42,761 nucleotides of DNA from Candidatus Levyibacteriota bacterium (GTDB taxonomy: Bacteria; Patescibacteriota; Microgenomatia; Levybacterales; UBA12049): assembly GCA_013816255.1 (NCBI GenBank), contig JACDET010000003.1, positions 10,303 through 53,063 on the forward strand. Direction: 5' to 3'. The position numbers and the translations under genes were made by a program. This document shows, one piece after another, positions 6,823 through 16,142 of this stretch (position 1 is the stretch's first letter; each line of letters begins with the position of its first letter). Under the pieces are notes generated by a model. It ran no database searches and was not told where the DNA came from. It was given only the letters and a program-made list of their open reading frames with translations.

Positions 6823-8530
6823 TGTTTTCTTGTATAAGGTTTAGAAACGAAGCTGTCTTGATTTGACCAAGATCCTCTCCATCTCTTTTACGCACAGAGA
6901 TTGCCGACTCGACAATTTCTTTGTCCCCTATTATACCCATAAAAGGTACTTTTTGTAAAGTAGCGTCTCGTATTTTGGCTTGCAGCCGTTCAGATCGTGT
7001 ATCCATTTCAGCTCTGATGCCTGCATTCTGAAGCTGATCTATAACTTTTTGCCCAAATTCGATATGCCTGTCAGCAATCGGCAAAAGGACCACTTGCACT
7101 GGCGCAAGCCATACTGGGAACGCTCCGGCGTAATGTTCTGTGAGAATTCCAATGAATCGTTCAACCGAACCGATGATTGTTCGATGGATTATGACTGGTC
7201 TTTTTGCTGTGCCATCTGAATCAATGTATTCTATATTAAATGTCTCAGGCATTTGAAAATCAAGTTGAAGTGTCCCGCATTGCCATGTACGTCCAAGTGA
7301 ATCCTCTAATTGATAATCAATTTTTGGACCATAGAAGGCTCCATCTTTTTCTTTGAGCAAAATTTCGAGTCCAGCTTTTTCCATCGCAGCTTTTAATGTC
7401 TTTTCAGCACGATCCCAGGTCTCTAATTTCCCCATGTAATTATCAGGTCGTGTTGAGAGATATGCTTTGAATTTCAAACCGAACCCTGCATAGATATCAC
7501 TTACCAAAGCAATCAATCCTTCCAAGGCTTCATCAATAGCATCTTCTGTAACAAAAAGATGTGCATCATCTTGTGTCGCTTGCATAACCCGAAACATTCC
7601 ATTGAGTTCACCTGATTGTTCTTTGCGAGTGATAAGCCCATATTCAGAAAGCCGAAGTGGTAAGTCCCGATATGATCGAAGTGAGGATTTATACACTTGG
7701 ATCATACCTGGGCAATTCATAGGTTTTAGACCAAAGAGTTTGTCATCTTCGTAAATGGTTGAGAACATATCTTTTTGATAATGATCCCAGTGGCCTGATT
7801 GTTTAAAGATACTCACATCCATCATTGTTGGCGTGAGAACTTCTTTATAGCCATATTCGAGTTGGAGTTTGCGTGAAAAAGCCAAGAGTTCATTACGCAG
7901 AATCATACCTTTAGGATGCCAAAAAGGCATACCTGGTGCTTCAGGTTGGAAATGGAAGAGGTCTAGTTCTCTTCCTAATTTGCGGTGATCACGCTTCTTT
8001 GCCTCTTCAAGCATCGTGAGATGATTTTCAAGTTCTTTTTGTTTTGGATACGCAGTCCCATAAATACGAGTAAGCATCTTATTCTTTTCACTCCCCCGCC
8101 AATAAGCTCCAGCTATAGAAAGGAGTTTAAATGCACCGATGTCTTTTTGTGGTTTTGCACTGTGACCTCCACGGCAGAGATCTTCAAAGTCTCCAGCCTT
8201 ATAAAAAGTCAACTTTTCACCTTTTGCGACGATCTCATCGATAAGTTCTCTCTTATATTCATTATTTTTATAAAACTCTTTTGCCTCTTTCTCGGTCACT
8301 TCACGATGTGAGAACGTTTCCCAAGTCTTAAGAGTAGCTGCCATTTCTTTCTCAATCTTCGGCAAATCATCTTCAGTCAAAGGATGCGTGAAATCTAAAT
8401 CATAATAAAACCCAGTATCAATCGCGGGTCCAATGGTGAGTTTGGTATTGGGATAAAGCTTTAAGACAGCCGCCGCCAGCAAATGCGCCGCCGAATGCCG
8501 CAGTTCCTTTAGATATTCTTCGTTGCTCAT
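6806..8530 (-). CDS. thrS: Threonine--tRNA ligase (short form, no TGS domain)
   Basis: RHSAAHLLA, DLCRGGH, AGAYWRG, RDHRKLG, KPMNCP, GAFYGPK, GSVERF, anticodon-binding domain. Confidence 0.98.
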   Translation of the reverse strand: MSNEEYLKELRHSAAHLLAAAVLKLYPNTKLTIGPAIDTGFYYDLDFTHPLTEDDLPKIEKEMAATLKTWETFSHREVTEKEAKEFYKNNEYKRELIDEIVAKGEKLTFYKAGDFEDLCRGGHSAKPQKDIGAFKLLSIAGAYWRGSEKNKMLTRIYGTAYPKQKELENHLTMLEEAKKRDHRKLGRELDLFHFQPEAPGMPFWHPKGMILRNELLAFSRKLQLEYGYKEVLTPTMMDVSIFKQSGHWDHYQKDMFSTIYEDDKLFGLKPMNCPGMIQVYKSSLRSYRDLPLRLSEYGLITRKEQSGELNGMFRVMQATQDDAHLFVTEDAIDEALEGLIALVSDIYAGFGLKFKAYLSTRPDNYMGKLETWDRAEKTLKAAMEKAGLEILLKEKDGAFYGPKIDYQLEDSLGRTWQCGTLQLDFQMPETFNIEYIDSDGTAKRPVIIHRTIIGSVERFIGILTEHYAGAFPVWLAPVQVVLLPIADRHIEFGQKVIDQLQNAGIRAEMDTRSERLQAKIRDATLQKVPFMGIIGDKEIVESAISVRKRDGEDLGQIKTASFLNLIQENIAKKT

Positions 8531-8582
8531 ATAGGCATTATAGTAAAAACTGGTGTATTTATAAAGAGTGAGGATTGGGATA

Positions 8583-8611
8583 TTGCACTATAGGCTTATA
8601 GTATGTATAAT
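8583..8611 (+). promoter_or_regulatory. Sigma70-type promoter for a leaderless transcript
   Basis: TTGCAC-17-TATAAT, 6 nt before ATG 8618. Confidence 0.7.
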
Positions 8612-8617
8612 ACTTTT

Positions 8618-9883
8618 ATGCATTTTGAGAAAGAATCACTGTCGGGTGTTATTCGGACCAAAACAGATAAAACTTCGTTGGGAAGTAACTTAGTCTTATT
8701 TGACTCGAGAGATACCCCCCCGCGTGCTCAATTTGGATCTCCTAAAGACAAACTGGGCATATTTAATTTTCTTAATACGGGAGATATATCTACCAGTCGA
8801 TTGATGCCTGACTATGTAGTGTTTGATGAATGTCCTGAGAATGAGCGGAATCGATATATTTCGCTAGTTAAACACTTTAACCCATCTCCGACAATGGAAG
8901 ATGATTATGTTGCCAAAGGTGGGTTTTTTCCTGCTAATCACGGTTTGTTACAGCAAATACGTATTGCAGATAGAATCACACATGCTAGTTCTTACATACA
9001 AGGTGCTCTTGACCTCTTTGACAAGTCTTCCATAGCTCAAATTATCGCAAAAGAAATCGGGCATAGACCTCAAGCCACAGTGTTTCACCCGGCTGCAACT
9101 GATGGAAGACTTCCCGATGATATATTATCCATGGTGGATGACACAGGGGCCGTGTATCTTAAGCAAGATAAAAGTGCCAAAGCCAATCGTGTCATTCGAA
9201 TCGCAAAAGCAGAAGAAGGATACACAATACAAGATCTCAGCGGAGAAGAAACAGTACCCAGTTTACAGACATTTAGCGTGCCTACCTCTGATGCTTTTAC
9301 AGATTATTCAATTCCATGGACAGCTGAGGAACAAATTTCTGTTGCAAGAACTAATAATGGTGAGAGTTGGGAAGTTCGGCTCCTTCCACCTTTTAAAATG
9401 CAGTATCCCTTTGCAAAAGTAGGTAATGCTGACGCGCACGTAAACAATATAGCTCAAGGTGGAAGTGTCCATGATGCATTATCAATTGTACAAAATGCTA
9501 TCTTGGCAAAAGATCCTAACATGTCTGTTGGTGAAGCACAGCACAAAGCAAGGGCATTTTTGCAGGAAGGGTACGATATCGCCACTGATGTAAAAGCCTT
9601 AACTGACGCAATGCATATAACGCTAGCCAAAAAGATAATACGACCGGAAGATGTGAAAGATCCTGATCAATATGATAATGTCATGCGAGATGCATTTGGT
9701 GGGACATTCTACTGTGTCGACGTAACTGGTGTATGGGACGAAGAAACCAAAAGTTTGAAGCCGATGATTATTGAGGCGCAAGCAGAAGCTGGTATGCCAG
9801 ATACTATGATGCGCGATCTCTATCCAATGGTCATAGAAGAGACAAAAAGAAAGCGGAGGGTAATTCAGTCAGCCTTAAAGTAA
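8618..9883 (+). CDS. Divergent ATP-grasp-fold protein (YheC/D- or RimK-like)
   Basis: VYLKQDKSAKANRVIRI, WTAEEQI, WEVRLL, VNNIAQGG, YCVDV, PMIIEAQ occur in ATP-grasp motif order; start revised to 8618. Confidence 0.6.
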   Translation: MHFEKESLSGVIRTKTDKTSLGSNLVLFDSRDTPPRAQFGSPKDKLGIFNFLNTGDISTSRLMPDYVVFDECPENERNRYISLVKHFNPSPTMEDDYVAKGGFFPANHGLLQQIRIADRITHASSYIQGALDLFDKSSIAQIIAKEIGHRPQATVFHPAATDGRLPDDILSMVDDTGAVYLKQDKSAKANRVIRIAKAEEGYTIQDLSGEETVPSLQTFSVPTSDAFTDYSIPWTAEEQISVARTNNGESWEVRLLPPFKMQYPFAKVGNADAHVNNIAQGGSVHDALSIVQNAILAKDPNMSVGEAQHKARAFLQEGYDIATDVKALTDAMHITLAKKIIRPEDVKDPDQYDNVMRDAFGGTFYCVDVTGVWDEETKSLKPMIIEAQAEAGMPDTMMRDLYPMVIEETKRKRRVIQSALK

Positions 9884-9960
9884 AGATAAAATGTTCGTTT
9901 CTCCACGCTCCGCGTGATCTAAGCCTGCACGTCTTCTGATCAAAGATATATAGGTATTGG

Positions 9961-9986
9961 GGATCCTGAAACTAGTTCAGGATGAC
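9961..9986. repeat. Single REP unit
   Basis: GGATCCTGAAACTAGTTCAGGATGAC. Confidence 0.8.
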
Positions 9987-10091
9987 ATTATTGTAGAGGT
10001 TGTTGTGTCAAAGTATTCTTTGGACAGACGGGTATTATCTCATTAGACTATAAGTTTGACATGAAATGCTGATCCGTGATTTACTGGATGT

Positions 10092-11339
10092 ATGTTGAAC
10101 TGGATGCAGGAATATTTCCGGGTGATCTTTGCTTTTGCTTTTAGCTTCAGTCCATTCACAAGCGTACAGGCTCCAATGCCAACACCAACACCTACCGTTA
10201 TGATCTCGCCAACTCTCTATCCCACACCAACTTTGACGCCAATTCCAACCTTTACTCCAACACCAACAAATACACCGACTCCTACTCCCACAGCCACACC
10301 AACAATGACTCCGACGCCGACACCAACTGCTACAACAACGCCAACTATGACCCCAACCCCGACTCCTACCCCAACCCCCACAGCAATTCCAACGCTCACT
10401 GCTACGCCTACACCTACAGTAACAATTGCGCCTACTCTTTCTCCGACACCAACGTTACTTGTTACTCCTACTGCATCTCCAAGTCCTACGATGACAATAT
10501 CACCCACAGCTAGTCCGTCTCCCAGTTTGACTCCTACTCCTACAGCATCAGCAACTGTTACACCATCTCCAACGCCAACTGCGATTCCTACTCCGACGAT
10601 TACAAAAATAGGCATTGATGTCTCGTATCCTCAATGTGGGCAGACTTTGCCGACTGGGCAGGGGTTTGGGATTGTTGGGGTCAATGGCGGGATTGCGACG
10701 ACTACCAATCCTTGTATGAGTACACAACTTATGTGGGCGAAGCAATCGGTTGGGACGCCTAACCAATCGTCGATCCAGCTCTATGTGAATACTGGTAACC
10801 CCGGTGGGTTGAATACTGCGACTTGGCCGCAGAGTAATGTCTATGCTGGGACAAGTGCTCCAAATCCTTATGGTACGTGTGATGGATCGGATTCTCTTGC
10901 TTGTGCTTGGCAGTATGGATGGAACCGGGCTTTGGATGATGTGGTGAATCGGTTTACTCCTGCGGCGCAAGCTGCCGGGATATCTGCTGTGCCTTCTGCC
11001 TATCCATGGTGGCTTGATGTTGAGACGGCGAATACGTGGAAGTATGGATCGGATTTCGCTTTCCAAAGTAACCGGGCGGTGCTTGAAGGGATGACTGCGC
11101 ACTTTGCTTCACGGGGTGTCACGATTGGCGTGTACTCGACCAATTATCAATGGAATCTAATTGTCGGACCGGTCCCAGCGGGAAGCAATCTCACGGGTTT
11201 GCGCAACTGGCGCGCGGGAGCTACAGATCTAGCCCAAGCACAATCATATTGTGGACTCTCTCCCCTCACATCAGGAGCGTCTGTCATCATGACACAATAC
11301 GCCTTTGACAATCTGGACCATAATTACTCCTGTATTTAA
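10092..11339 (+). CDS. Secreted protein with long Pro/Thr linker and C-terminal GH25/DUF1906-like glycoside hydrolase domain
   Basis: Signal-like N-terminus; roughly 140 aa of PT repeats; [21 protein letters not shown] motifs of the GH25-like fold. Confidence 0.7.
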   Translation: MLNWMQEYFRVIFAFAFSFSPFTSVQAPMPTPTPTVMISPTLYPTPTLTPIPTFTPTPTNTPTPTPTATPTMTPTPTPTATTTPTMTPTPTPTPTPTAIPTLTATPTPTVTIAPTLSPTPTLLVTPTASPSPTMTISPTASPSPSLTPTPTASATVTPSPTPTAIPTPTITKIGIDVSYPQCGQTLPTGQGFGIVGVNGGIATTTNPCMSTQLMWAKQSVGTPNQSSIQLYVNTGNPGGLNTATWPQSNVYAGTSAPNPYGTCDGSDSLACAWQYGWNRALDDVVNRFTPAAQAAGISAVPSAYPWWLDVETANTWKYGSDFAFQSNRAVLEGMTAHFASRGVTIGVYSTNYQWNLIVGPVPAGSNLTGLRNWRAGATDLAQAQSYCGLSPLTSGASVIMTQYAFDNLDHNYSCI

Positions 11340-11369
11340 GTACCTTATGTTTGCTATCCTATACATGAA

Positions 11370-11885
11370 ATGCGTATAACATTTGAAAAAACTGCGTATA
11401 AAGCCATTGCAATACTTTCACTCATTCCGGTAGTTATGATTTTGGGATATATATTATTCTTTGAAAAATCCGGGATACAACTGAGCACGCTTCTCACAGC
11501 AATTGCTGTCGGTGTATGCTTGGGCTTTTATCACGTCTTTGCTCAGTACTTTCATCAAATGGGACACGCTCTCGTGGCACGTGCTTCCGGGCATCCCATG
11601 ACAGGCATCCGGTACGACTATGTCTTCTCTTATTCAGAGTATCCACCAAAAGAACCGAAACTGCCAGCAAAAGTACATATTTTGCGGTCATTAGGAGGTT
11701 TGGGCGCAACATTTCTTTTGCTAGCCGTAAATAGTATTGTATGGACACAAATGCAAACAAACGCCCCGGTCATTGTCCAGTGGCTTCTTAATGCATTCTT
11801 AATGTATACGATCTTCTTTACTATCGGTGGTATCCTTTCAGATGGAATGTTTGTCGTGCAAAAAGGCTGGGAAGAAAAGAAATAA
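11370..11885 (+). CDS. Membrane protein, degenerate site-2-protease (M50)-like
   Basis: About four TM segments; FHQMGH in place of HExxH, SLGG, LSDG. Confidence 0.55.
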   Translation: MRITFEKTAYKAIAILSLIPVVMILGYILFFEKSGIQLSTLLTAIAVGVCLGFYHVFAQYFHQMGHALVARASGHPMTGIRYDYVFSYSEYPPKEPKLPAKVHILRSLGGLGATFLLLAVNSIVWTQMQTNAPVIVQWLLNAFLMYTIFFTIGGILSDGMFVVQKGWEEKK

Positions 11886-11900
11886 CGGTAGATTCCTCAT

Positions 11901-11936
11901 AACAAAAAGCCCACCGGTTGGTGAGCTTTTTTGTTT
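11901..11936. terminator. Bidirectional intrinsic terminator
   Basis: A-tract, GCCCACC/GGTGAGC stem and T-tract between convergent genes. Confidence 0.85.
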
Positions 11937-11956
11937 TTTGTATCTTCGTAAAGCGG

Positions 11957-12367
11957 TTATGCTTTTTTTCCTAAGATATTTACCATCCAGTGTACTCCGA
12001 ATGTATCTGTGCACATACCGAATGTGTCTCCCCATGGAGCTTTTACCAAAGGCTGTGTGATTGTCGCGCCTTCTACAAGTTTGTCCCAGTAACCCCGGAG
12101 TTCTGTTTCGTCCTCTCCACTGAGTGAGATACTTCCGTTCTTTCCGGCTTCTCCCATGTAACTTGGCGTATCAGATCCCATAAGAGTAAAACCGTGTTCA
12201 GTATCCAATTGTGAATGCATGATCAGGGTATCTTCATTTGGATCTTTGGACATACCACCATCTTTGAAGGTAGTCAAAACCAAGTTGCCACCGAAGACTC
12301 CTTTGTAAAATTCCATAGCTTCACGAGCATTGTCTTTGAAGCTGAGATATGGATTAAGTTTTGTCAT
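11957..12367 (-). CDS. VOC/glyoxalase family protein (PhnB-like)
   Basis: LNPYLSF..AREAMEFY..VFGG, IMHSQL, LMGSD, PWGDTFGMCTDTFGVHWMVN; SD AGGAGGTGA. Confidence 0.92.
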   Translation of the reverse strand: MTKLNPYLSFKDNAREAMEFYKGVFGGNLVLTTFKDGGMSKDPNEDTLIMHSQLDTEHGFTLMGSDTPSYMGEAGKNGSISLSGEDETELRGYWDKLVEGATITQPLVKAPWGDTFGMCTDTFGVHWMVNILGKKA

Positions 12368-12488
12368 AATTCAATCACCTCCTTTCACAAATATGTGGTT
12401 AGTATAGCAAAAGTTACAGAAGAATAGGAAGTTAGACTTTAGACGCTAGTGCTCAGTATTATCTAAATGTATTACTGAAGTCTGAAGC

Positions 12489-12734
12489 CTAGTCCTTTCC
12501 TACCCGTGGATTGGTGGCGAGGATGAAGTCGATGATGTCTGAGACGAATGAACCAAAGATAGGGACGAGGTTGATGTTTTGTGCGATTAATGTGAGAACA
12601 GAAAAGAAGAGAGCCAAACCAACAGTTGCGCCAATACCCCAAAAGAAACCGCCCAACAGATTGTTTCCAATGATTTCATACCAGTGGAGTTTGAAGCTTG
12701 ATCGTTCGTATGGTTGTGGATCTTTTTTGGCCAT
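12489..12734 (-). CDS. Small membrane protein (DUF5665-like)
   Basis: NNLLGGFFWGIGATVG...VPIFGSFV; family assignment from memory. Confidence 0.6.
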   Translation of the reverse strand: MAKKDPQPYERSSFKLHWYEIIGNNLLGGFFWGIGATVGLALFFSVLTLIAQNINLVPIFGSFVSDIIDFILATNPRVGKD

Positions 12735-12755
12735 ATCTCTATTAGATATGATTTA

Positions 12756-13073
12756 TCAATTTTTTTCAAGTTTTTTCAAACGCTTCTCGTGATCGGATAC
12801 TTTATCGCTGAGCTGTATAACTTTATTTGATGTTAATACTCTATCTCCCCTTGCTGTTTCCAGCTCACCAGCCCAGCTATCAAATCTTGTTAAAACTTCA
12901 CTATGTCGTGCTCTTGCGCGATCTTCAATGCGCCGTTCCATTGATTCAAATTTGATATCCATTCTAGCGTCTATAGCAGGTAATAAATCTCTGAGTAATT
13001 CTTCTCGGGATACTCTGAGTGCCTCTTGTAAATCTTGTTTAGTGACATAATCTGATTGAGAAGTATGTTTCAT
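12756..13073 (-). CDS. Hypothetical coiled-coil protein
   Basis: YVTKQDL...DHEKRLKKLE; TATACT 6 nt before the ATG. Confidence 0.7.
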   Translation of the reverse strand: MKHTSQSDYVTKQDLQEALRVSREELLRDLLPAIDARMDIKFESMERRIEDRARARHSEVLTRFDSWAGELETARGDRVLTSNKVIQLSDKVSDHEKRLKKLEKN

Positions 13074-13157
13074 GGGTTTAGTATAACAAACAATGAAGAT
13101 TATGTGTCAAGTAGGAAAACTATTAATAATAGCTTATTATCTATTTAAAGTAGTCGT

Positions 13158-13739
13158 TTATAATCCAAGATCTTTGTGAATACTTTGCATTGCTTTGAGG
13201 GTAATCTTGATGAATTCATCAAGTGGAATGTCTAATTTGGACTCACATAAACGGATTGCCTCACGGTCAGCGCCAGCCGCGAAAGCTTTTTGTCCAAATT
13301 TCTTCATCACAGCCTCTTCAGTCACGGAAGCAAGAGTCTTCTCAGGACGTACCAAGGCACATGCTGTAATAAGACCAGTCAATTGATCACACGCAGTGAT
13401 AGCCCAATCCATAGGTTTGTGTGGGAGGACATGGGTGCTTTTGTAATTGTGAGACATGATGGCATAGGCTATATCATCAGGAAGTTCGACTTCGTTATTG
13501 GCAAAGAGTAAAATGCCGTGTTTGTCGAGCTGATTGGTTTCTTGCGCGACCTCATAATCGATATCATGCAGAAGGCCTGTGATTCCCCATTTTTCCTGAG
13601 AATCAGGGTTTTGTATCTCAACTGGCGTAAGACGCGTATAAAGAGCTCTCATCGTCACCTCTGCGGCAAGAGAATGCTTGATGAGATTCTTATTTTTGAG
13701 GTATTTGGTCAAGAGCTGATATGCGTCTTCTCGGTTCAT
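13158..13739 (-). CDS. HD-domain (HDIG) phosphohydrolase
   Basis: LIKHSLA, GLLHDIDYE, KHG, AIMSH, ACDQLTGLI, FAAGADR. Confidence 0.9.
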   Translation of the reverse strand: MNREDAYQLLTKYLKNKNLIKHSLAAEVTMRALYTRLTPVEIQNPDSQEKWGITGLLHDIDYEVAQETNQLDKHGILLFANNEVELPDDIAYAIMSHNYKSTHVLPHKPMDWAITACDQLTGLITACALVRPEKTLASVTEEAVMKKFGQKAFAAGADREAIRLCESKLDIPLDEFIKITLKAMQSIHKDLGL

Positions 13740-13754
13740 ACAATAATTATACCA

Positions 13755-14207
13755 CTATGTTCTGATAATTAACCGGGGATCAAGAAGTGCATTCTCTCCC
13801 AGTTCGATTGCTTTTCGCACTTTGGGGTACCAGGGATGTGCTTCCTCCAAAAGATCAGGGAAAAATTTTTTGTACTTCGTGAGCTGTGCACCTACACCAA
13901 TTTTGGTACCAGGCTGTCTTATACATTCAACTGGCAAACCAACCGGGTCGAGCGCATTGAAGATCATGTGTTTTGCTTGCGTAACTTTAAGTGCCAAATC
14001 TGGGCGTTCGGCATCCGCTTCATTTATCCTATGCATAAACTCGCTGTAAGATTCGTTTTCCTGTTGATGGAGTGCTGCGGTTCCAAGCCTCACGTCATCT
14101 CCATATGCTCCAATATTAAATCCCTTAATTTGTGCTACCTGGTGCAATAACCGGATTGCAGTAACGGTTGAAGAGACTGGTTCTTCGATCGGTGTTGGCA
14201 ATGCCAT
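13755..14207 (-). CDS. Hypothetical protein
   Basis: 150-aa ORF co-oriented with neighbours; overlaps the upstream ORF by 73 nt. Confidence 0.5.
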   Translation of the reverse strand: MALPTPIEEPVSSTVTAIRLLHQVAQIKGFNIGAYGDDVRLGTAALHQQENESYSEFMHRINEADAERPDLALKVTQAKHMIFNALDPVGLPVECIRQPGTKIGVGAQLTKYKKFFPDLLEEAHPWYPKVRKAIELGENALLDPRLIIRT

Positions 14208-14449
14208 TCGTAGGGGAACATTACAGCTGGAGTATCAGAATATCTTCTTGTATCATTCCCATAAAAGGTATCAGCATCGATAACTGCATCGCGAACTAAG
14301 TCAGAGCCATCTTTTTCATGGATCAAATCGATAAGAGGTTCGGGAGTCGTATATCGCATGAAAGCCCGCATTGTTGCGAGATCCATGTCAGAAGATGGGC
14401 GTCTTTCAGGCAGATTATCACTGTGGGAACGTGTTTCAGCGTTTGCCAT
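14135..14449 (-). CDS. Hypothetical protein (possibly the N-terminal part of a frameshifted gene)
   Basis: ATG follows the tRNA-Val terminator; C-terminus overlaps the next ORF. Confidence 0.45.
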   Translation of the reverse strand: MANAETRSHSDNLPERRPSSDMDLATMRAFMRYTTPEPLIDLIHEKDGSDLVRDAVIDADTFYGNDTRRYSDTPAVMFPYEWHCQHRSKNQSLQPLLQSGYCTR

Positions 14450-14470
14450 AATTTATGACTTAATAGCAAT

Positions 14471-14492
14471 AAACCTTCCGCATGGGAAGGTC
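14471..14492 (-). terminator. Terminator-like hairpin after tRNA-Val
   Basis: Minus strand GACCTTCC-CATGC-GGAAGGTTT. Confidence 0.65.
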
Positions 14493-14505
14493 TTGAATTA
14501 TCTAG

Positions 14506-14579
14506 TGGGCCCAAGAGAATTCGAATCTCTGACCTTTGCAATGTCAATGCAACGCTCTAACCAACTGAGCTATGAGCCC
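14506..14579 (-). tRNA. tRNA-Val(GAC)
   Basis: GGGCTCATAGCTCAGTTGGTTAGAGC; anticodon arm TTGCA-TTGACAT-TGCAA; TTCGAAT T-loop; CCA not encoded. Confidence 0.96.
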
Positions 14580-14646
14580 GTAATAGTACGTAGACTTCAG
14601 TATCTAGACTTTGGTCCACAGTATTAAGTTATGAAATTATACCATA

Positions 14647-14781
14647 GAGATTCTGGACAAGCCAGAATGACGATTATCTATATTGTCATCCTGAGCGTAG
14701 TCGAAGGATCTCATGCAGCTAATTATATGTAAAACTGTTGAGAGAAATCCTTCGACTTCACTTCGTTCCGCTCAGGATGAC
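14647..14781. repeat. Cluster of three REP units
   Basis: GAGATTCTGGACAAGCCAGAATGAC; GTCATCCTGAGCGTAGTCGAAGGATCT; ATCCTTCGAC...GCTCAGGATGAC. Confidence 0.85.
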
Positions 14782-14788
14782 AAGAAAA

Positions 14789-15982
14789 TTATTTTACTGA
14801 CAAGAGGAATTTTTTAAGGATTTGGTAATAGTCTGCAAGGCTTTGGATATCTACCCATTCGTCATCCTGATGCTGATTTCCACCAATCGGTCCAAATTCG
14901 ATTCCATCACAGCCAGTACCAGCAAACCGCATCAGATCAGAAGTTCCATGCCCCATTACTAAAGGAAGATCCTTTTGTAATACCGGCTGGCTTATACTTT
15001 TTAGTAATTGAATATACTTATTATCTGCAGCTGTTTTTAATGGTGGCCAGCTAACAATAATCTCTAAAGCTATATCCTTGGGAAGAAGGGATTTGATCCT
15101 ATCAATAATATCTGTATCAGCTACTGTATATCTAATGTCTAACCCTGCTTCGCAATGGTCGGGTATTCTATTTGTTGCATTATTTGTCGAATGAATTTTT
15201 GTTACACTAACAGTTGTATTATGAGATTCTTCTTGAGGAGATGGATACTTCTCATGGATTTTGTGAAGTACTCTATATAGTTTTGAAATCGCGTTATCAC
15301 CATTCCAGGGATAAGCCCCATGAGAAGCTTTCCCTTCAGCAAGTAACCGTAAAAAGTAGCCACCTTTTGCTTCATTTTTTATATGAAAATTGCTACCACA
15401 CTCACCCGAGAGAATAAACTCACCACGTACACCCTGATCCACTTGATACTTTGCTCCATTAATTCCAGATTGCTCCTCATCAGATGTTATCTGTAATGCA
15501 ATTGGATAATGAATATCTTTATTTAATTCTTTTAAAAGTGTCATCATTACTGCTACTGCTGCTTTCATATCGTATGCGCCCTTGCCGTAAAGTCTGCCAT
15601 TTTTTTCATATGGGACGTATTGCTCATCTTTACCAGGCACAACATCAAGATGTCCATTCAATAGGATTTTGAAGTGTTTTGTTCCAGGTTTATTGTTATG
15701 AACTAAAAGGCTTTTGATAGCGTTACTTTCATAAACATCTACCGTAAGATCTTTCATATAGTTACTTGCTAAAGCAACTATGGATTCTCTCTCTTCATGA
15801 TTTTCTGCAGTCGACCGAAAAGAAATAAGTTTTGATGCAAGACTTATGATTTCTGTAATTGGAGTCTTCGTTAGTATTGCAGTCCCAATAGAATCTGTAG
15901 TCCAATCATGTGTTTGAGTACTATAATTTTCATTATAAGATGATAAAGTATCTATTATATTTGTGTCATCTAATTTTTTCAT
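14789..15982 (-). CDS. M20 family metallopeptidase/deacylase (ArgE/DapE-like)
   Basis: NGHLDVVP, LYGKGAYDMK, SDEE, GE, GKASHGAYPW, NRIPD, GTSD, FGP, HQDDE. Confidence 0.93.
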   Translation of the reverse strand: MKKLDDTNIIDTLSSYNENYSTQTHDWTTDSIGTAILTKTPITEIISLASKLISFRSTAENHEERESIVALASNYMKDLTVDVYESNAIKSLLVHNNKPGTKHFKILLNGHLDVVPGKDEQYVPYEKNGRLYGKGAYDMKAAVAVMMTLLKELNKDIHYPIALQITSDEEQSGINGAKYQVDQGVRGEFILSGECGSNFHIKNEAKGGYFLRLLAEGKASHGAYPWNGDNAISKLYRVLHKIHEKYPSPQEESHNTTVSVTKIHSTNNATNRIPDHCEAGLDIRYTVADTDIIDRIKSLLPKDIALEIIVSWPPLKTAADNKYIQLLKSISQPVLQKDLPLVMGHGTSDLMRFAGTGCDGIEFGPIGGNQHQDDEWVDIQSLADYYQILKKFLLSVK

Positions 15983-15990
15983 ATAAAAAT

Positions 15991-16015
15991 AAAAACCCCG
16001 CCTCTTTGAGCGGGT
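15991..16015 (-). terminator. Attenuator terminator upstream of the M20 gene
   Basis: Minus strand ACCCGC-TCAAAGAG-GCGGG then GTTTTT; alternative pairing GCGG..ACTTTA/TAAAGT..CCGC. Confidence 0.85.
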
Positions 16016-16042
16016 ACTTTAGGCATTAAAGTCTCACCGCGC

Positions 16043-16090
16043 TTACGGGTTAACCAGCATAATGTGGATGAAAAAGCATATTTTAGCCAT
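16043..16090 (-). CDS. Leader peptide MAKICFFIHIMLVNP
   Basis: 15-aa ORF starting 6 nt after TTGACT-18-TATAAT and ending at the antiterminator/terminator. Confidence 0.75.
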   Translation of the reverse strand: MAKICFFIHIMLVNP

Positions 16091-16096
16091 GATTTA

Positions 16097-16126
16097 ATTA
16101 TACTCTCCCTCTTTAAAGTAAGTCAA
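16097..16126 (-). promoter_or_regulatory. Sigma70 promoter of the M20 leader
   Basis: TTGACT-18-TATAAT. Confidence 0.75.
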
Positions 16127-16142
16127 GGATACCCACTTAGCT

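Noticed and set aside
6820-6823. ATT start for infC
   Set aside because: The ATT here is in the thrS frame; the in-frame non-AUG start is TTG, which is unremarkable for infC.
9884-9960. GC-richer patch after the ATP-grasp gene as a riboswitch or ncRNA
   Set aside because: Only a 4-bp CACG/CGTG stem; no recognisable motif or terminator.
10177-10600. Repetitive DNA as a possible CRISPR or tandem array
   Set aside because: Codon-level PT repeats within a CDS; no constant repeat with unique spacers and no cas genes.
10217-10615. Minus-strand Val/Gly-repeat ORF
   Set aside because: Antisense shadow of the Pro/Thr linker.
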